Shown piece by piece: positions 59,476 to 64,000 of a DNA stretch of 64,000 bases. How positions within the stretch are numbered: the stretch's first letter is position 1; every line of letters begins with the position of its first letter. Source of the DNA: an uncultured Rubripirellula sp. (GTDB taxonomy: Bacteria; Planctomycetota; Planctomycetia; Pirellulales; Pirellulaceae); contig CALKGR010000003.1 of the NCBI GenBank assembly GCA_938085445.1, positions 32,001-96,000 of the forward strand. The letters run 5' to 3'. The notes under the pieces were generated by a model. The model was not told where the DNA came from and did no database searches. It saw only the letters and a list, made by a program, of their open reading frames with translations. The translations under genes and the position numbers were made by a program.

Positions 59476-60639
59476 CTAGTTATCCACACAAGTTTTTTTT
59501 CGTAACTTGTTATAAGACAATGATATAGAGTCAATTGAATTATTTATTTCTTCAATAGTGGAAAACTTAGAGACACCAAAGCGAAGAGTCGACTCGATCT
59601 CATTTTCAGGGCGGTTCATGGCCGTTAGGACATGGCTGGGAGGGCTGCTCCCGCTGCTGCAGGCGGAGCCACTGCTACAGGCGATACCCGCCATGTCGAG
59701 CGCCATCAGCATCGACTGTCGATCCGTTTCCAAAAAGGAAATCGAGCTGGTTCCTGGTAAACGATCATGAATTTTGCCTTGTACGACCAACTCGGGATGG
59801 CGTTCAAGGAGCCCATTTTCGAGACAATCACGCAGCGCTTCACAGTGTTTGGCGGACTGCGTCATTTCAGTCACCGCCAGTTTTAGAGCTTCTGCCATTC
59901 CGACGACCAATGCGACAGGTTCAGTGCCAGGCCGAGTTTCCAGCTGCTGTTCGCCACCATGAAAAACGGGTTCTACATTCACTTCCGGCGCCAGCCATAG
60001 GCCACCGACGCCGGCAGGACCATGAAATTTGTGAGCAGTAAACGTTAGGGCTGAGATACCGGAATTTTCCAAATTCAGTGGCAGTTTTCCGATGGTCTGG
60101 GTCGCGTCCACGTGCAGCAGGATACCAGCCTTTCGACAGAGTTCAGCAGCTTCGCTGATGGGCTGAATGACTCCTGTCTCATTGTTTGCGGCCATGAGTG
60201 AAACGAGAGCGATATTATGGTCATCCGTTGAGATCATTGCCTCAAGTTGATCCAACCGAACCAAGCCATCCTGGTCGACCTCAAGCCATCGTAGGGGGCG
60301 TCCACGTCTTTCGAGCCATTTTGCAGTAGCCAAGACGCTGGGGTGCTCAATTCGGCTCAGTACAAGCGGTCCATGATCACCCAATCCTGTCAGTGCTTGG
60401 TGATTTGATTCTGTGCCACCACTGGTAATGATCAACCTGGCACCGTTGGGCTGATCCAGTCTGGTTCCCAGATAGGAGCCAATGGTTTCAATGGCAGCAT
60501 CCAAGTGGGAGCGTGAACGCCTACCGAAGGCGTGTTGGCTGGACGCATTGGTTGGCCCGTCCAAGAATTGAGCTAACATGACGTTCGCAACGCGCGTATC
60601 AATCGCAGTCGTGGCGTTATTGTCGAGATAGACCTTCAT
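59476..60639 (-). CDS. Cysteine desulfurase (IscS/NifS family)
   Basis: YLDNNATT, TSGGTES, NNETG, HVDATQ, AHKFHGP and SSGSACSS. Confidence 0.93.
   Translation of the reverse strand: MKVYLDNNATTAIDTRVANVMLAQFLDGPTNASSQHAFGRRSRSHLDAAIETIGSYLGTRLDQPNGARLIITSGGTESNHQALTGLGDHGPLVLSRIEHPSVLATAKWLERRGRPLRWLEVDQDGLVRLDQLEAMISTDDHNIALVSLMAANNETGVIQPISEAAELCRKAGILLHVDATQTIGKLPLNLENSGISALTFTAHKFHGPAGVGGLWLAPEVNVEPVFHGGEQQLETRPGTEPVALVVGMAEALKLAVTEMTQSAKHCEALRDCLENGLLERHPELVVQGKIHDRLPGTSSISFLETDRQSMLMALDMAGIACSSGSACSSGSSPPSHVLTAMNRPENEIESTLRFGVSKFSTIEEINNSIDSISLSYNKLRKKTCVDN
59480..59488 (+). promoter_or_regulatory. Perfect DnaA box upstream of dnaA
   Basis: TTATCCACA overlapping the last codons of the cysteine desulfurase gene. 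Confidence 0.6.
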
Positions 60640-60687
60640 CACGCCATTTTTCCTCTCATATCACTCGCATCTGCGACACGTTTCGAC

Positions 60688-61416
60688 TCATTCATTTTCT
60701 GCGAGATGCTTGAGATTAGGATGATTCGGGTAATCAGCTAAGGCCTCGCTGAGCAATGTAGCCGCGATCGTCAGTTTTCCAGCTTCTCGCATATCCTTGA
60801 TCAAGCTGACGTATTCTTCTGCCAATTGCTCATCGATGGCCCTCTGTAGTTCTTTCGGGCTCTTACCACCAGAATCAGCAGTAGCGAAAACTAGAGGTAT
60901 GAATACGTAAAGCTCTCGCTCGGCTAATCGTTGGATGGTCGGCCAAAGAATTCCGGCGTGTTTTGGGTTCTGCTTGCTCCAATCAATCCAGTACGGAGAA
61001 TTTTTACCTCCATTGCCAAATTCAAGTTCTGCGAGCAGGAAATTCGCGTCCGCATTGGTTGTTCCTGAGAGGCCACGCGTAAGGGAAATCAGATGCCAGT
61101 TGCTCGCAGGTCCCTTGGGGAGCTTTCTCAAGTGCGTTGTTTTGACGTAGGTGGCGGTAGGTGGGGTGTCATCGCTTCGACGGATTGGCGTGATTTGCCA
61201 ATGAACCAGAGGAATTTCGTAGAAACTGAAACTTCTTCGTACAAAGTGGCTTGGTGCGAATTCGCTGCCGCGTACAAACCCTTGAGTTCGGATGACAAGC
61301 CCCAGAACAACACAAATAATGATCGCTGCCGAGACCGAGACCCAGATTCGGATCACGCGGTTTCTCTTCGCTGATGACGTTCCAGACTGAGCAGATGTTG
61401 AAACCGAGGTGGACAC
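60688..61416 (-). CDS. Single-TM hypothetical protein
   Basis: 242-aa ORF with GTG start and an N-terminal TM helix. Confidence 0.65.
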   Translation of the reverse strand: MSTSVSTSAQSGTSSAKRNRVIRIWVSVSAAIIICVVLGLVIRTQGFVRGSEFAPSHFVRRSFSFYEIPLVHWQITPIRRSDDTPPTATYVKTTHLRKLPKGPASNWHLISLTRGLSGTTNADANFLLAELEFGNGGKNSPYWIDWSKQNPKHAGILWPTIQRLAERELYVFIPLVFATADSGGKSPKELQRAIDEQLAEEYVSLIKDMREAGKLTIAATLLSEALADYPNHPNLKHLAENE

Positions 61417-61481
61417 AGGAGCTTTGTTGGGGCATCTTCGGGTAATGAATGGAGAAAGTACTCGTCAGTCTACTGTAAGCA

Positions 61482-62738
61482 ATGATGCGTTCGAGAACCC
61501 CTAATGTTTGCTGGAACTCTGGTGAATCATGCAACTCGATTGCATCACCAAGGCCTGCAGGTTCGATTTCGGCCGCTGCCGCCGCAGGGAGAATCTTGCC
61601 TTGGAGACCTTATAGAGTAACCCAAACGGCAAATCCGGCCGATACTCCTTTTCTGTCAGGCCAGTCACAGCAACCCCAGGAACCGAGTGACCCCAGGCTT
61701 TCCCGGATGCGATTGGAGGCTGTCTTGCTATTGGCAAAAACATCCTTGAGCCTCCGAAAACTATGTCAAATGGCTCACTTGGCGGACGCTACTGAGGCTC
61801 GTACACTGATTCGCCAGTTGAATACAACCTTCGACGACTATGGGAGGGCGATTCGTGTGGAGCAAGTTGCTGGTGGATACCGGTTGATGACAAGGTCGGC
61901 ACTGTCACCATGGCTTGCACGTTTGGGGCACTTGCCGCCACCCCTACGATTATCGACACCCATGATGGAAACGCTTGCTGTGGTTGCCTATCGTCAGCCT
62001 GTATCCAGAGCCGATGTTGAGGCGGTTCGGGGGGTCGGTTGTGGAGAGTTATTGCGTCAAACGATGGAGCGGGACTTAGTACGAATTGTCGGTCGTAGCG
62101 AGGAGTTAGGACGCCCCTACCTTTACGGAACTACCAAACGTTTTTTACACCTGTTCGGACTTTCGAACATCGATGCATTGCCAGCAATTCAGTGGCAAGC
62201 CTTGCAGGATGATCCCCAACCCGAAGATTCAAACCCAGATGACTTATCGACATCAAAGAAGGAGCTCGTTGTGAGTACCACAGTCGTTCCAACTATTTCA
62301 GAGTCAGATCACGCTGTCGTTGTCCCCACTGCATCGACGATCGAGCAGTCTGATCCCAAATCGATCATCGATGATGCTCAAGCAGTCATTGAAGACGAGG
62401 AGAATGGATATTACGACGACGACGACGACGATGATGACGATGACTGGGATGATCAAGATTGGGATGATGAAGAGTCCGAAGATGATTTAGACTCCGACGA
62501 TAGTCTCGATGAAGAAGAGGACGAGCTTGATGAAGACGAGCTTGATGAAGACGAGGACGAGCTCGACGACAATGATCGTGACGGTGATGACTCCGCTGAC
62601 GACGATCTAGATGAAGATGATGACGACGGCGGATGGGAAGAAGTCGATGATGAAGCCGGCGATGAAGAGTTCGACGACGACGAAGAAGAAGAAGTATGGG
62701 AAGAGCAGGCAGATGATGATGAAGATTGGAATGAGTGA
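61482..62738 (+). CDS. scpB: SMC-Scp complex subunit ScpB with very long acidic tail
   Basis: RLEAVL, VAGGYRLMT, LSTPMMETLAVVAYRQPVSRADVEAVRGV, GRPYLYGTTKRFL. True start may lie downstream of 61482. Confidence 0.9.
   Translation: MMRSRTPNVCWNSGESCNSIASPRPAGSISAAAAAGRILPWRPYRVTQTANPADTPFLSGQSQQPQEPSDPRLSRMRLEAVLLLAKTSLSLRKLCQMAHLADATEARTLIRQLNTTFDDYGRAIRVEQVAGGYRLMTRSALSPWLARLGHLPPPLRLSTPMMETLAVVAYRQPVSRADVEAVRGVGCGELLRQTMERDLVRIVGRSEELGRPYLYGTTKRFLHLFGLSNIDALPAIQWQALQDDPQPEDSNPDDLSTSKKELVVSTTVVPTISESDHAVVVPTASTIEQSDPKSIIDDAQAVIEDEENGYYDDDDDDDDDDWDDQDWDDEESEDDLDSDDSLDEEEDELDEDELDEDEDELDDNDRDGDDSADDDLDEDDDDGGWEEVDDEAGDEEFDDDEEEEVWEEQADDDEDWNE
62391..62735 (+). repeat. Low-complexity Asp/Glu-coding tract, including a 15-nt tandem repeat GACGAGCTTGATGAA near 62520-62555
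   Basis: By manual count, about 81 of the last 115 residues are D/E. Confidence 0.9.
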
Positions 62739-62877
62739 ACATTCCAGTCATTAGGTTTGCGTGCGGCGTTTTCTTCGCCCAAAGAGTTCCGACAGGGTGC
62801 GTTTGTTGCTACTCGCTGTCTGTTCTCGACGTCTAAGGGCCCTGATTGTTCAAAGACTCATCAGGACTCTAAGCAAA

Positions 62878-64000
62878 TCACTCGCCTAAGTTGAAGAGAT
62901 GACGCAGTGCTTCAAGCAAACCGCGACGATGACCTTCTGCTGCGTCATCACGTAGAGACGCCAACGGTGGGTGCAAGAGCTTGTTGATCAGCCGGTCAAA
63001 TGACCTTTCGATTTCTTTATGGGCTGAGGGATCAAGGTCTTCCAACCGGAGTTTGTTGATCAATCGATTCAGTTCGTCTTTCTTGAGATCCTGCGCTTGC
63101 TCGCGTAGCCTTTGAATGACCGGACCGGTTGCCTTGTGATTGAACGCCTGCATGAAACGCTGCGTTTCTTCGGAGATCACTTGTTTGGCTTTGGGCCATT
63201 CTTTCTGACGTTCACGGCGATTTCGGTCACAGGCTGACTGCAAATCATCGATACCGTACAAATAGACATTCGATAATTCACCGATTGATGGTTCAAAATC
63301 CCGGGGAACTGCCAAGTCGAGAATCAGCAACAGCCGATTCTTGCGTTTGGCATGTAGTGGTAGGAAATTCGTTTCGTTCAAAATGGGTTCGGTTGCGGAG
63401 GTCGTACCAATCAATAGATCAGCACCGACGACCTGTTCCTGCAGATCATCCCACAACGCCGACTCTGCGTTGAATGTATTGGCAAGCGCCACTGCACGAT
63501 CGTAACTTCGATTGATGATGCAAATATCGCTGGCGCCACCCTGTTTCAGATAACGCAAGGTTTCTTCACCCATTTCACCAGCACCGCAGAGCACGACTCG
63601 CTTGTCGTGAAGCGTATCAAACACTTCGGTTGCAACTTCGCCAACAGCGACGCTGGGCACGCTGACCCTTCGGCGATGTATCGATGTTTCCTGCTGGACC
63701 CGCTTTGCGGCACGATTTGCAGCTTGAAATACTGAGTGAGTGAGAGGACCGGCTGATCCAGAATTACAGGCGATGTCATAGGCTTGTTTGACCTGGGACA
63801 GGATTTGTGCCTCGCCTACGACCATACTATCGAGACTGGCAGCAACCGTAAAAAGATGTTCGACTGCATCGGATCCAGCACGATAAATCATCTGGTCCAT
63901 GATCTCATCAGCTTTCAACTGATGCTGATCTGCCAAAAACGAGGCCACGTCATCCCGATCAAGTTCGCTGTCGTTTCCCGCAGTCGCATAAAGTTCAACG
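62878..64000 (-). CDS. hemA: Glutamyl-tRNA reductase; 5' end beyond the window
   Basis: The frame is open to the window edge (VELY of the CNRVELY motif); SLDSMVVGEAQILSQVK, GAGEMG and DLAVPRD. Confidence 0.95.
   Translation of the reverse strand, partial: VELYATAGNDSELDRDDVASFLADQHQLKADEIMDQMIYRAGSDAVEHLFTVAASLDSMVVGEAQILSQVKQAYDIACNSGSAGPLTHSVFQAANRAAKRVQQETSIHRRRVSVPSVAVGEVATEVFDTLHDKRVVLCGAGEMGEETLRYLKQGGASDICIINRSYDRAVALANTFNAESALWDDLQEQVVGADLLIGTTSATEPILNETNFLPLHAKRKNRLLLILDLAVPRDFEPSIGELSNVYLYGIDDLQSACDRNRRERQKEWPKAKQVISEETQRFMQAFNHKATGPVIQRLREQAQDLKKDELNRLINKLRLEDLDPSAHKEIERSFDRLINKLLHPPLASLRDDAAEGHRRGLLEALRHLFNLGE

Noticed and set aside
62386..62782. Poly-Ser and His/Arg-rich minus-strand ORFs
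   Set aside because: Antisense read-outs of the GAY/GAR codon tract of the ScpB tail.
1..64000. Prophage, IS, integron, known defence island, rRNA/tRNA
   Set aside because: No integrase, transposase, phage structural, cas or restriction-modification motifs recognised, and no RNA gene seen by eye. A covariance-model scan would be needed to exclude small ncRNAs in gaps such as 38474-38760 and 53518-53953.

Overview
This is a 64-kb, gene-dense chromosomal segment (roughly balanced GC by eye) from a planctomycete, most likely Pirellulaceae-like. The assignment is inferred from the DUF1549/DUF1553 planctomycete cytochrome c gene, the adjacent DUF1501 gene, a sulfatase and ExbD/vWA/solenoid proteins. 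Most content is core housekeeping: pepT (partial), nagB, trmL, RsmF-like methyltransferase, prfB with its programmed +1 frameshift, mnmA, hrpA, an IGHMBP2/Upf1-like helicase, clpC, dnaN, a domain-I-less dnaA, a cysteine desulfurase, scpB and hemA (partial). I see no rRNA, tRNA, CRISPR array, integrase or transposase. The best leads are: (1) scpB has a tail about 70% D/E preceded by an in-frame internal Shine-Dalgarno plus GTG, so it may encode a second, nested hyper-acidic protein; (2) an uncharacterised three-gene TelA-like / DUF6384-like / coiled-coil module with a sigma-54-like motif; (3) a likely oriC around the truncated dnaA, with a 13-bp inverted pair of extended DnaA boxes and an over-represented ACAGA motif; (4) a secreted TPR protein with a DPF/NPF repeat tail. 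All product calls come from motif recognition by eye; no database search was run.
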